This document shows positions 1 through 12,320 of a stretch of 64,000 nt of DNA, piece after piece. Location: assembly GCA_040954595.2 (NCBI GenBank), contig CM082579.2, forward strand, positions 13,951,834 through 14,015,833, read 5' to 3'. The notes under the pieces are model-generated. The model made no database searches, was not told the origin of the DNA, and saw only the letters and a list, made by a program, of their open reading frames with translations. Source of the DNA: Balanoglossus misakiensis (lineage: Eukaryota; Animalia; Hemichordata). Made by a program: the position numbers and the translations under genes. Numbering within the stretch: position 1 is the first letter of the stretch; each line of letters starts with the position of its first letter.

Positions 1-3000
1 GGAGAGGTGAACACATAGTTGAATTTGTAATAATTGTTATCACAAACGAAATGGCTTTACGTTTAATATCTCCATTTTCAAAGCTGCATAAGAGAAAAAA
101 AAATAGTCAATGCATAAAACTGAACATGAAACAGAAACTCGTAACCACAGATACCTGACCAAAAGTGAAAACTTAACATTGCGATTGAGAAAACATAAAA
201 TGTGTGTGATTTTACCTTTATCTGCAAGTTCAGGGTGCCAGGTTACGTTCATGTTTCGTTGTGTCCCCGTGGTTACTCGTTTCATCTCTCGGCCTATTGC
301 CTTGGTAACTGTAAAATAAAAACAAGCATTGATGTTACAGCTCCTCGCCTACGTGTACACGATGAAACAGAATCAATTAATGGTGCCTGGATTGATGCAA
401 CTCTGCCTTGAAAACAAACCTGAATACACATATTCACTTTCAAATTATAAGTTTACAGATGATCAAAAGTCGTCAGCTAAAAATGTATGTGACGTCCTTA
501 TGTACATGTACTAAATTGGAGTGTTTTTGCTGCTACACCTTCCTCTGTCAAGTAAGAATGAAGCCTTACCATGCCATGTGTCGTTGCTGCTGATGGTATC
601 TGGCCTTTCCTCTCGCAGGAATTTGTTTACAGACGCGTTGTTGTCGTGGCCATGAACTAAAATTGGAACCCCTGTAAATGTAATCATTTGCAATAGCCGG
701 TTGTCAGTGTGACATATTTTCTTGCATAGAATTATAATTATCGTTTTATATGTGGTCCATGTACATGCCTCAAGTTTTGTAAAAACATTTAGCAAGGATT
801 TTACTGATACTGATGGGAAAGCACCGTGTTAATACTATGTTTTACCTTTTTCATCAGCCCAGTTATAAAATCGCCTGATCCCAACCATCTCGTGTCTTTG
901 GGAACACGGGTCATCGTGCTTCCTGACCAACTTCTTATGGATGCACTTATGGGTTCTAAAACAAAGAAAAATAGTTACAAATAAAGTTATTCGAATTTAA
1001 TCCAAAATTGCCATATATTACAATAACAGTATACGTCAAAGCATGTGGCATGTCAGTTCGGAGAAGTGTGTTGATGCCAAACACAATACTCACTGTCGAC
1101 AGAAATAGCGATGCGATTGAGTGCGTGTAAGGGTAACACATTACCATACATATAACCATCATTGCCATAGAGATGAAAAATGTTATTTCTAACGAAAAGT
1201 TGTTACATACATGTCACCAAGTACAACTATGTCAGAGTTTTGTGCATTCTTTCATGTACCGTGTCATGCATCGCTCATATTTTCAATCCCCAGCTTAATG
1301 GTGCGGTCTTCCGATGCGATTTCCTGAAATTGGATTCAAAAACAAAATGTATTAGGCCTATATGAACACACGGATAAAATGTGGCATGATAAAAATATCA
1401 AATAACATTTATTTAGTTGTTTTTGGGTGGTGAAATGTCATACCTCGTTTAATGCATCATCCCTGGATTTGACTGCTTCATTGTGGACAGTTTGTCGGTA
1501 CTTCTCAAAAACTGAATAAAAAAAAAAGACAGACGAGAAATGGGCCGCCGCAAGGGAAAAGGGCCCTTATGCATGGATTTTTCGATTTTTATTTTTTGTC
1601 GTTTTTTGATAGTACCTGTGCTCCTCTTTTCATATGTGTGCCGCTCACTATGAACTTACACCTGGAAATGGCATTTGTGGCCCATTGAATGTGACATATG
1701 ACCTTTGACCTCAGCCCACAAATAAAATTCACTGTTTTTGTTTCACAATAAAGAGGTTTAAAAACCAAACATCTTTTCCCAACTACATGGAAGATCTGTA
1801 TCCATTTATACCGTAGGTACTGACTAAATCAACTTTTTAGGGGGAGAGGGGGTGTCTGTCATTCCATTATATCATAGGGGTGGAAAGCACACAAGATGAT
1901 GCTAGTTCTATTTAAAAATACATTTTATTAGACACCACAAGTGCCAAAACTCTACACATCACATCCTCCGAAAATATGAATATTTACATGACATTATTGA
2001 CATAACTGTTGCCATGGCTACCAGCAGTCTCCATCTAAACTGTTGCCATGGCTACCTGTAGTGTCAGAACTCCAACCATTACATCACTGATATTGCTACA
2101 TACAATTCTAACTATCATTTTTTTCAGATAACATTTAAATATTTACAAGTTTGCATTTATTTTCAGTACTACATACATGCAAGAGTATTCAGTGGGTTTT
2201 TGGATTTACTCTTCAGGGCAAAATGCATGTCTAAATGGCTGTCTGACAAATGGAACAATTTCCTTCTGTAACTCTCTCCATCTGGCTAAACTCTTTCCTC
2301 CAGCAGGCAATACAAAGGGTTTTATATGTGGTGATGGAGGCCAAGTAGCATTTCTTTTGAGCAGATCTATACGGATTTCATCATCTGTGACTAATTTTCT
2401 AACATATACAGCACCAGGATCATTCTTGGTGAATCTAAAATGATGATAAACACGAATTCCCTTCAATGGTTTGAGAAATGGAGAAAAAAATGAATCCCAC
2501 TCAAACCATTGAAAGTTGGGATCAGAATTCCGACTGCCATAACATTTCACATTGTTTATTCGTGAACTTTTTGACACAATGTCTGCCAGCTGCTGAACTG
2601 TGTCAACATCACTTCTACGATACACTTGCCGAATCTTACCGAAACAAGCATCACAAATGCACTTTGTATGACCTGGTTCCAAGAAATGATAATTAATTTC
2701 GTCATGTTAACCAGTACTGGTACGGTAACAAAAATAATGAATGACAGTTTTGTTTTTATTCTGACCTCCACAGTTGTCAGCATGGCAATGACAACTCTTT
2801 TCACCCAATCCATGCTCCTCAAAATAATTGTGAAGCATGCTAACTACATTATTGGCACCATGGCACTTTCTGTTATCAATGCCAATGGTCTCAGACTCAT
2901 CAAACAGATAATTCATTTGAGATTGTTGACTATCATTACATATACCAAAGCAATTTACACGTAGTGGATTCAGAAAATACAGTGGACTAACTTGACGAGA

Positions 3001-3607
3001 CTGATGGGGCAGCAGAAAACTCTGTGCAAAATCAAATGTATAATGAACATTATGTAAATCATAAGAGCAAGGACTACATGGGGGCTGAACTTCAATGTCT
3101 CTGAGTTCATCCTGTGCCTTTCTAATGCACAAGTTCAGAAATTCTCTATCATTTTGTGATTTCAAAATGTGTCCTGAGAATGCAATACTAGAGTTCAGTT
3201 TGTCTTCTTCTGTTGAGGCAAACTGAATTTCATTCCGGAAGTGTTCACATTTGGCACACACATCTGTACGAGGTTCCATTCGCTGAATGTGTGGTACACA
3301 CAATTTCCAGATATTTCGGAAAGTTGTCTCCCCCACAGGCTGCTTGGTTGGCTGACAAACATTACAGGCCTCCACATACTTCTTATACATATCAGCCTTG
3401 GTGTCACAGGATGGAAGATAAATTGGAGGCCTTCCATCTCTACCACAAGGAGCAGCTGGCATAGGCAGACCATTGTCATCTGCATATCTGACCAGGAACT
3501 GAACAGCATCTTGCACTGTCTGTTTGGAAAAAAGAATAGTTAAGTCACTCAAAATAAATTAGTGAACACTGAGAACACATATACAGGTTAGATAGCAAAC
3601 CACCTAA

Positions 3608-3815
3608 AGGGACAAAGTCTCTCTCTCACTGTCCTTTTTTCCATTAATTATGTTTGATACAAGACACCATTTGTTATTCTACGTGTGGATATAGGGAATC
3701 AATGTTGACCAAACACAACTTCCATCCCACTTGAAGATGCGAGAGTGAAAAACTGGCCGAAATGAATAATCGGTCTCTACCATTTATTCATTTTGACAAG
3801 ATTTTTATTCTCATC
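3608..3815 (+). mobile_element. Truncated copy of the AGGGACAAAG MITE family (TTAA-targeting, Kolobok-like) in Sola intron 2
   Basis: Starts agggacaaagtctctctctc and aligns with the copies at 19439, 38501 and 54287 (shared aatgaayaatcggtctctaccatttattcatttt). Confidence 0.7.
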
Positions 3816-4004
3816 CTGCAAAGTGGATGTTGTGTGTGGTCGAGCGCTGATTCAATGTCGGAGGGTCCATGTGAAAGTCTCAGTGTCAATTGGGCATGCT
3901 CCAAACTGTGGGTGAAAAATACTACTTCAAGATGGCCAGCATATGAAGCAGCTGTCAGGAGGAGGAGACAAGATATTGAGGGGCCCAGATACAGTATTAC
4001 TGTA

Positions 4005-4165
4005 TACACATGATGACTGACTGTGACAATGAGGGCAACAGTGTATTTTTGATGACCTTGGGACTGAGGGCATAGGGAAAACAAGACTGTTTTAGTTGTG
4101 ACTAGCAGTCCCGAGGTCATCAAAAATACACCGTTGCCCGAATATGTCAGTCATCATGTGTTTTA
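4005..4165. repeat. Imperfect palindrome (hairpin MITE-like) in Sola intron 2
   Basis: cacatgatgactgac...gggcaacagtgtatttttgatgaccttgggactg pairs with cagtcccgaggtcatcaaaaatacaccgttgccc...gtcagtcatcatgtg. Confidence 0.7.
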
Positions 4166-7100
4166 TAACACACCAAACATGACACACACCACATCCAGGC
4201 AACAGTACCAGGCAGAAACCGATCGAAATCATGCCCTAGGGAACAGTTCGAAATGACTAAGGTCACGTGACGGCGTATTGACGAATCACGATCGAGTGTT
4301 CGCTGCATGGTGTGTTATAATAAATCCTGACGCCTTTGTTACGACTCAAGGCAACAATAAACCGAACCCTGTCTAATCTGGAAACCTGTCTGTACTGAGC
4401 ACCTATTCCTGTCCCTTTGACATAAAAGCACATGTTTGCGTGATAATAATAAACCATAAATATGAAATTTATTACCAAGTATAAGTACACTCTTATACAC
4501 ATTTACATGGTATAAGAATATACTTCTTAAAGATATTTGTTATGGCATGCAGAAATGTAATACTTACTTCAAATGAATAGGCATTGGCTGGTCGTTTTCC
4601 TCGACGACCATGATCTCTGGGTACCACACCATGGATTTTGTAGTGGGCCTTTAAATTCTTGAACCTTTTCTCCCCTATAATTAGAGTTATAGGATGATAA
4701 TACTAACTAATACTATCCCAAGATTATGTCAAAACAATGACTTCTCTGTAGTTTAAATCTTCTCAAAATCGTTTGATACACATTTAAAAAGAAATTACTG
4801 TAAAGTTGTGTCTTCTCTTAAAAAATCAACATCAAGATTGTGGGGGCCAGGACACTTAGAAAACTCTTTGAGAAAAATCCCCAAGTAAACAAAGGTCATG
4901 TGAGGGAGGAAAAAGATGACATCATCATCCTTTATTGACTGTCACTGCTGCACTACGGTAAACTACGTGATGTGGGGAATCTATTAAAAATCAACAATCG
5001 GATGCAATAATTCACCTAACAATCCACATTTCGAGTACTCATGCTCGCACAGGGTGTGATGAGGATATCACGACGTGTAAATAAATCATTGGTGCCAACG
5101 TAAAAATACCCTGCCACTCACCCAAGTTGTGAATGTAACGCCAAACTTTTTCACACACGCGTTGACCATCAAAGACGTAATCAAAGGACTGTCGCGCACG
5201 TTTACCACCACGGACAGGTTCTCCATGAACCTCACACTGTTCTAACTTTGCAAGGATGAGAACATCAAGATGGTCTTTCTGGAATTCTGACATGTTCAAA
5301 CGGTATTCCCGGACCCTGTCCACAGCATAGTTCGAGTAGCACTGGTGTTTACAAACACACCCAGTCCGCATTACGGCCTCCACCGATGGCTTATCCAAGG
5401 CGTCACAGTCATTTCCTTCTTCGCGATCTTCTTGACCCATCTCTGGGTGTAACTGAGAGTACAGTCTCGCCAATTCGACTGGCTCTGCTTCAGGTACTGG
5501 CTCGTCTTCATCGCTATCGTCGTCGTCTCCCTGGTGGCAGTGATCGCGTACACTATCGGCTGAAACAGAACACTGGGAATTCTCCCTAGATTGCGGCGGA
5601 CTAAATGTTTCGACCAACTCGTCGTGGCGTTCTTCGAGCAAAGTCCGCAGCTCGGCATTTAATTGCGGGTCGAGAGGTACCGAGAATGCCATGATTTTAC
5701 GCAACGGGAAACATCAGTAGCACAGCGATTTCTGACTCTGACCTCCTTAGCGCTGAGGTCACGTGTATATGAACTGAGCAAAATGGCGGGAATAAAATTA
5801 GATACAATGTAAACGCTCTATGTGAGAAGTGTTTTTTGAGCTATAGACAGCCAGAACGCAACGCCTTCATTAACATATGCAAATGCGGAATCTGATTCGA
5901 AAAACGAGACCGTTGCACTGAGCCCCGAAAAGGGTGTCTGAATTGGGTCATTTTTTTCCCCAACTTTGGTCATCAACCGCTACTAATGGCGATCGTTCTG
6001 AGTATTTTTGTTGGATTTATTTGATAGTACGTATATCGAACTATATCTCAAGGAGTATTTTTGATGATTAATGCAGTAGTTTCAGAGAAATAACGAAAAG
6101 TACAGAGTAATGAAAATTCACGTTTTGGAAACATGCCTCGCTAAATTCTTGAACGGACTGTTACACCAACTTGTTGTATAAATCCAATGGCATATTTATA
6201 AAATATAGGCATTGGTCCTTCTTACTGTGAAGTTTGTATACTTTCCGGGGCATATTAACGAAGTTATAACGGTTTTAATTTGTTTACTTTTTGCTGTGAC
6301 GAGATCATTTTCAGTGGGAAATGGCGGGAGTTTACAGTGTAACCCATTGTCGAGCGTTCAGTGCAGAATGTGTGTATATTGTTTACGTCCCACATGTACA
6401 TGTAGTGTTGATAAATGCACATGTTGGAAATGAGTTCATTGTATACCTTTTATTCTTGAAAATTATCGATGATCATCGAGATCTGCCTAAACTACGTTAG
6501 CACTGGCGGCTGCGTGTATGAATTGCAGGGTTGTGTGCTTACGGCGCGGCGTAACCCTGCGATGCCTCCACACCACAGCTTTTGGAAGAATAAAATACAG
6601 ATTTCGTCGAATGTGGTGTTTCACAAAAAGAAAAACATTATTGAGCGACAACACAAACGTTTGTAAAAAATCAGTCCGGTTCTTTCAACTCCACAATCGC
6701 GTTAAACAGAGACTGCAAACAGCGACTGGGATAATTGCGTATTTACTAGTGTTTACATCAGCGGCCGGGAAACCTCGGGTCACGTAGGTCATGTGTCGAC
6801 TTCCGGGTAAAATCACCCGTTTTTTAGCGAAAATTCTTGAACTGACCGTTACACTTATATCTTTACCAAATTTTTTTACACGGTCATTTAAAGTGTAGAA
6901 AAACCCACATAACCCTGAAATATGTAAACTTTCCGGGGCATATTATGGATACTGGAAGCGAAAAACTGGACCATATTTTCGACCGCTAGAGTAACCTTCG
7001 GAAAATCGCCATAATATCAATATTTCAGTAAATAATTCTAAAATCCATTTGGATGGCACGAAAGAAGACATGTCAGGAGAGGTTTTCGCTTTTACATGAT

Positions 7101-8760
7101 TTAAAATAATGCACTCTAGCGAAAGTTACGGCAAATTGAAAATGCCTCAAAAAACGGTCTGTGAGCGGCCATTCAAAATGTAACGGTCCTGATCTGGATA
7201 GGCGATAATATGCTAATGAGGGTGTTGCGTTCTGGCTGTAGAAATCGAATTCAGTGAAGAAATGACATAAATGTTCTGTGTTTCGTGATATACTTTGAAT
7301 ATCTTTTGTCATTTTCTCGAAAAAGTTGGGCAATATACTGAACAAATCCATTTTCCTCCAGCGTGCAGGCGAATATTTGCATGTGAAAAGCACACATAGA
7401 ACGTCACCTATTCAAATGCAAATTACTAAAAATGACGTACACTTGCATAAGGGCCCTTTTCCCTTGCGGCGACCCAAATATTAGTGATGATTTGCCTACT
7501 TTATTTGCCAGCACAGTCATGGGGTGACTGTGATGATGGTCGACAGTTAATACATTTGGAAAAAAAATTGTCTTGACATGTCTTTATATGCTGCAGTCAT
7601 GTCTGTAACTCCATGGTCATACAATATATTGAAACAGTCTGAGAATCAATGTAAGTTGACCACACTAAAAGTAGGACTGATCACAAATAAATATAAAACT
7701 AGATAGTTTCAGCTATAAGAAAGTGTAAGCTTACATTTCGTTCTATACTTGTCCTTCAACGACCCCATATTTGCACTGCTGGTTACAGTGTCATAAGTCC
7801 GCGTCCGTACGCCAGCTGACAACAACCCGTGTAACAATCTGTTGGATAATGTTCATAGCATTTCAAAGTTACGACGCGAGAGCATAATACATTGACGTAT
7901 TCTTGGTAAATAAAAGATGACAAAACAATATAAGTCCGTATCATACAATGTCACTGTATTTACACTTACCTGTAGTTGACGAGTAGTCTCCCGTTCGGTA
8001 AATACGGCGAAGAATTCCAATTGAATCCGTGATCTTCCTCGCACTTGAAACTGACCCTCCCCGCGTGGCCCATCATAGTCGTGCGCTTTGAGGCAAGAGT
8101 TCCTCAACATGCTCCGGAGTGTGATTCGACAGTTTTTACGAGGTTCTGGACAGAGAGGGTCGTTGTCAAATACATCTGGTCCGTTCTATTGGACACCTCT
8201 GGTACACTGGTTCGTGGAAAGCACCTTCTTCTGGTTCGTCACGCATACCACCATTGCCGTTCGTTTCGTGACTCGTCAGGAAGAAATCAAGTACCGTTGA
8301 TAACACGTCAAAATTTGTTGCCCTACCCTCCTTCATCAGAGTTCGAAGCTTTGAAATTTTACGTTGAATTGCTGTCTTATCTTCAGTAGTTGGGGCAACA
8401 AAATCAACATTTCCGCGGACAGTGTTATCCCGCACCCGACGTATGTGACGATCCCTGATTGCTTCCCTAGTCATGGAAGGACAAATCTCTGAACCCGGCA
8501 TGTTTAAAAAAAACTCGAAAAATTAAAAAAAAATGTTGACTGAAAATCTAAAAATATATCAAATTGTAAATAAAGAAAAACTGCAAATGTTTAGTTTTTT
8601 TAATTTTTTATTGGTATTTTAAAAATGTTTTCCTGTTTTTTTTGGTTACTTTTTCATGAATATGCGAATTAGATATTACATATTCATGAGCACACACGCA
8701 TTGCCGAGCTTAGGTGGTTTCCAAGGCTTCAGCCTCGTGGTTGCGTGGTTTCATGTGTGC

Positions 8761-9493
8761 ATGGAGGTACTAGAGAGAAGGAGCGAGGACGGATTTTAAG
8801 CGGATTAACTCCCTTTCTTCTGAAGTGTGATAAGCTTCTTAAGTCTTTGTGTTTTTGTGTTGAAAGCGTCCTTTGAACCCACTGTGCGTTACCGCCGATT
8901 TTACAGTTAGGTTTGCAAGATCTACGGGGTAATATTTCTATGATATTAAAAACACAATGCGCACATCGCGGACGAGCGTACTACATATGCCTGGTGACTT
9001 TTATTTACATCTAGGGGTGAAGTTTACGCATCACCACTACCGGAAACGTGTCAGGCGGACGTCTTGGAAGACTTGTGGCGTTATTTTTCTTCTTTGTACA
9101 ACCAAAAAGCATGATTTTGAAATGTATATTATGAGTTTTTCGCAAACTTCCACAAAAAAACAATAAGTTCTTAGGTTTTCTTTGAAAACCAATCTTCCCG
9201 ATGCAAGTATTTTTGTTCGCGTGGGATGGTGTGGGATGCCCGATAGTCACCATTGTAATTGCTAGTGCAGAGACTTTCGGCACAGCAGTTTGGTCTGGTT
9301 GAATATGCTAAATGTAAATCATGGAGACACGCCGCCAGCTATAATTTGTTTATCTACGCAAGCGCACAGCCTTTATGAACGCCTATCAGGTGATAAAAGG
9401 ATGAGATCCTAATGATATCTGCAAACAGATTAAGACGCACATGGGGTTTATAGGAAACAATAGCGTCCTCGCTCCTTCTATCTAGTACCTCCA
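8761..9493. mobile_element. Non-autonomous TIR element (MITE), family unassigned
   Basis: 31-bp inverted repeats atggaggtactagagagaaggagcgaggacg / cgtcctcgctccttctatctagtacctccat, one mismatch. No clear TSD found. Confidence 0.7.
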
Positions 9494-11939
9494 TAGTCTT
9501 GTTCTCACTAAAAGTTTTGACACTGGTGTAATGCCAGTGTTTACTCTCTGCAAACACAGGGGATTAGTCCACAGAATCTCCGTGCGTCCACACACTAAAC
9601 TTTTGGCCACTGTTTTGAAATAAACATCGTCTAAATGGCCATGTTTAGCAACACGGCAACTAACAAAATTGAGGACGTCGAGGACATTACAGCAACATGT
9701 TGCAGTTTCTATACCTGCATATGCGTTCTAGACGACTTTGTGACAGTTTTGATAATGTTTAGAAGTAAATGAATGTTAATCCATAAATGGAAAATGCCTC
9801 AGCTTTTCGGTGATCGAGAGAACCTTCCGAAAGTTGGTAGCAGACAGAAGTGTTGCAGACCATGCAAACTGCGAATGGTTTGAAAACCACTAACGTCCAG
9901 TGTGATTGACTTAACAATGGAAACTGACCAAAGACAATGGGCTATACCTAATAAACATACCCAAAAGTCACTGCAGGGTGGCGCTTTTGAACGGTGTTTG
10001 TTTATCTTTGCGTTCTCACTGACTATTTGCGTCGGAGCGCTGGCCCAGCACTGGCCCTGACCCGCCACCCATCGCCATCGCAAATCAACACCGGCCCAAC
10101 ACCGGTGTAAAGCGTTCTCACTTGTTTTTTTCCGTCGGTGTCAAATCTACACCGCTGTAGCACCGGTGTAAACGTGCCAGTGAGAACGCCCTATATGATG
10201 TGTGGGCGGGCGTGGACCGAAACGGCGAGGTTTTGACGAAAATTCGGCAAAAAAATGTCAAAAATCTCCCCGTTTCGGTCCTTAAATGTGCCCAAAGCTC
10301 ATAACACATTCAGAAAACGACGTTTGCGAGCGAATGGACAGAAGTAAAATAGTCTATGGTATTGTATCGCGACAGACATGTGCATCGTGTGGGCGGTACG
10401 CGGTACATCCGATTCATGTTGTTTTAGTCGATGCCTTCATTTCCTGCCAACGTAATCGTCGGTGTAAGACTGCTTTTTACGGTAAACTGTACAATGAAGG
10501 TAAGTTCTTATCAGCTATTTTCGGATTGCATGTGATGCGAGTTTCGTTCGGTACGTGCGATCGATAGTATGGCATGCAGAGGACGGCCTAAGTATAATCT
10601 CATTCTGGGTCATAGCAGTGGTGTTTTCTGGCAATTTTTGTCTGACATTTTGCGGGCAATTTTCTGATCGACACGGAAAAAGAGCCCGTAAAAAGGAAAA
10701 GTACAATTAGCCAGAAAACACCACAGCTGCAGCTATGGACCCACGCCACGCACAGTCTGACTTGGGCGGGAAAAACTTGTTTGTAGCATTTTCCTGTGCA
10801 ACTAGGCCATATGTTAATTACTTGTTTGTTAAGTCTTGTAACACTCCTTTGTCTCAATTTATTGTGTAGCACACTGTTTCCAGTCTCCTTGTATTAACAA
10901 AGTGCAGGTGCAGGTGGTGTTTACAATGTGAGATTTGAACACTGCCAGGTTGGGGGTTGAAACCAAAGGGTCCCATTATTTTGGGAGAAGTGGTTCAACA
11001 ACATTGTCAAGAAATGTGCATTTTTATGAGTGACAAATATAGATGATTGCCTTTCCATCAAAATTCAAAACTACAAAGTTATTGTTTATTAACATCAAGC
11101 AGAAAATTGAAAGTCTCAGCCACAGCTACAAGATTGGTTGTGGCCACAGCCTGAACACAGACATACAAATGCCACGCATTTGGTACTAAATTTTGGTAGC
11201 AAATGACAAGGAAAGAACATCTGATTTGGAAGTAAATTATACAATATATTTACTCTGCATCAGAAGTCACAAAAATCTCCATGTCATTAGAAAAATATGC
11301 CATATTTCTGAATGTACGTGTAGTGTACAAAATATGTCCACACTGAGTAATCAAATTGCATGCACATACAGCTGGAAATACTTCACCTCTCAGTTATAAT
11401 CAATATTCCAGCGTTTCAAAAAATGTGTTGCCATTTTTGTTTGTTTGTACAATTTCAATATACGTTTATTTCTCTTGTAATCTTCCAAATTTGGTGCACA
11501 ACCCCAATGATTTATGCAATATTCTTGTTCCCACTCTTTGATTGACAGCTTGGCTATGCTGTATGATTTCATCAGCTTTGTTCCTACTTTCACCTTAGCT
11601 TCTATATATTCATTTATTAACTTCTTATCATTGGGAAGGGCCTTCAAAGAATTTCGTGATTTATCAAATTATTCGACTTCTTTTGTCTCTCCAAGGACAA
11701 ATATCAGACTGTCCATCGTGGTTGAAGAAGTATCACTAACTTTACTCTGAGATTGATGACTCTTCATGTGTGGCTGTTATCTTTGCTGTTGATTTGGCAA
11801 CTTCTTTGATACTTGACTTGCCTGAATGCAAACAAGAAAACAACATTAAGGTTTAACAGCAATAATAATGAGTTTTTCTTAAAGTGATTTCCTTTTGGGC
11901 CACTTAAACTGAGCTGGGGTTCCACAAGGTCAACATGAA

Positions 11940-12320
11940 ATATTGAACACCTATTGCCTGGCCATGAGGGCCATAGCGGCCGTTTATTACACCCGAGGGG
12001 CTGTGAGTTACCAGAATCATATGCGGCCGAGGGAAATAGCATATAATTCTGGTAACTCACAGTCACGAGGGGGTAAAAACGGCTGCTATGGCCCGAATAT
12101 AGGCCAGGCTATAGGTGTTTTATAATAAACCTCATGCTAACAGCTGGGAAAATCTTGCAATTTTTTCTTGAGGCTGGCAGACGACATCTTCAGTGGTGGC
12201 CATTGTGTCAGACGACGCGACGCTGATTGACGTGACCGAGTCTGCGCACTCACGCGGGTCACGTGACCGGTTTATATTTTTTCTGCTATTTCCCTAGCGG
12301 TTCATAGTCGATTCTATTTT
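11940..12320. mobile_element. Palindromic non-autonomous element (Crypton-like hairpin type, tentative)
   Basis: tattgaacacctattgcctggcc...gctgtgagttaccagaatcatatgc pairs with gcatataattctggtaactcacag...ggccaggctataggtgttttataata (11941-12127), followed by a CpG-rich tail. Confidence 0.55.

Larger units (their letters stand above)
2206..5692 (-). pseudogene. Sola transposase (DDD), 3 exons, one premature stop
   Basis: Exons 5122-5692, 4568-4674 and 2206-3519 with GT-AG sites. Motifs YTFDFAQ, HADNCGGQNKN and GHTKCICDACFG. A single in-frame TAA at 2707-2709 (G*HDEINYHFLEPGHTK) splits two same-frame ORFs. Confidence 0.9.
1542..7475 (-). mobile_element. Complete Sola (Sola2-type) DNA transposon
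   Basis: TIRs gggccgccgcaagggaaaagggcccttatgca (1542) and tgcataagggcccttttcccttgcggcgaccc (ends 7475), one mismatch. 4-bp TSD AAAT at 1538-1541 and 7476-7479. 5'-GRG termini. Internal Sola-type transposase. Confidence 0.92.
216..8501 (-). pseudogene. Spliced DDE transposase gene, Kolobok/Mutator-like; decayed; continues past the left edge of the window
   Basis: GT-AG exons in consistent phase at 7970-8501, 7735-7838, 1444-1511, 1211-1323, 846-955, 570-671 and 216-308. They join to give ...FKCEEDHGFNWNSSPYLPNGRLLVNYR-LLHGLLSAG...GIENMSDA*HGT*KNAQNSDIVVLGDI-THKC...DDPCSQRHEMVG...VHGHDNNASVNKFLREE...NDTWH-VTKAIG...TWHPELADK. The D...HD...D-x-WH-x-x-K pattern resembles Kolobok/MULE-like transposases. 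Several in-frame TGA stops and one frameshift. Family assignment is from motif recall. Confidence 0.75.

Noticed and set aside
9560-10900. CpG-rich block with short inverted motifs (gcgttctcact/agtgagaacgc) and CAC-starting candidates for the CMC element terminus
   Set aside because: No matching partner terminus or TSD could be found; probably mixed TE fragments.
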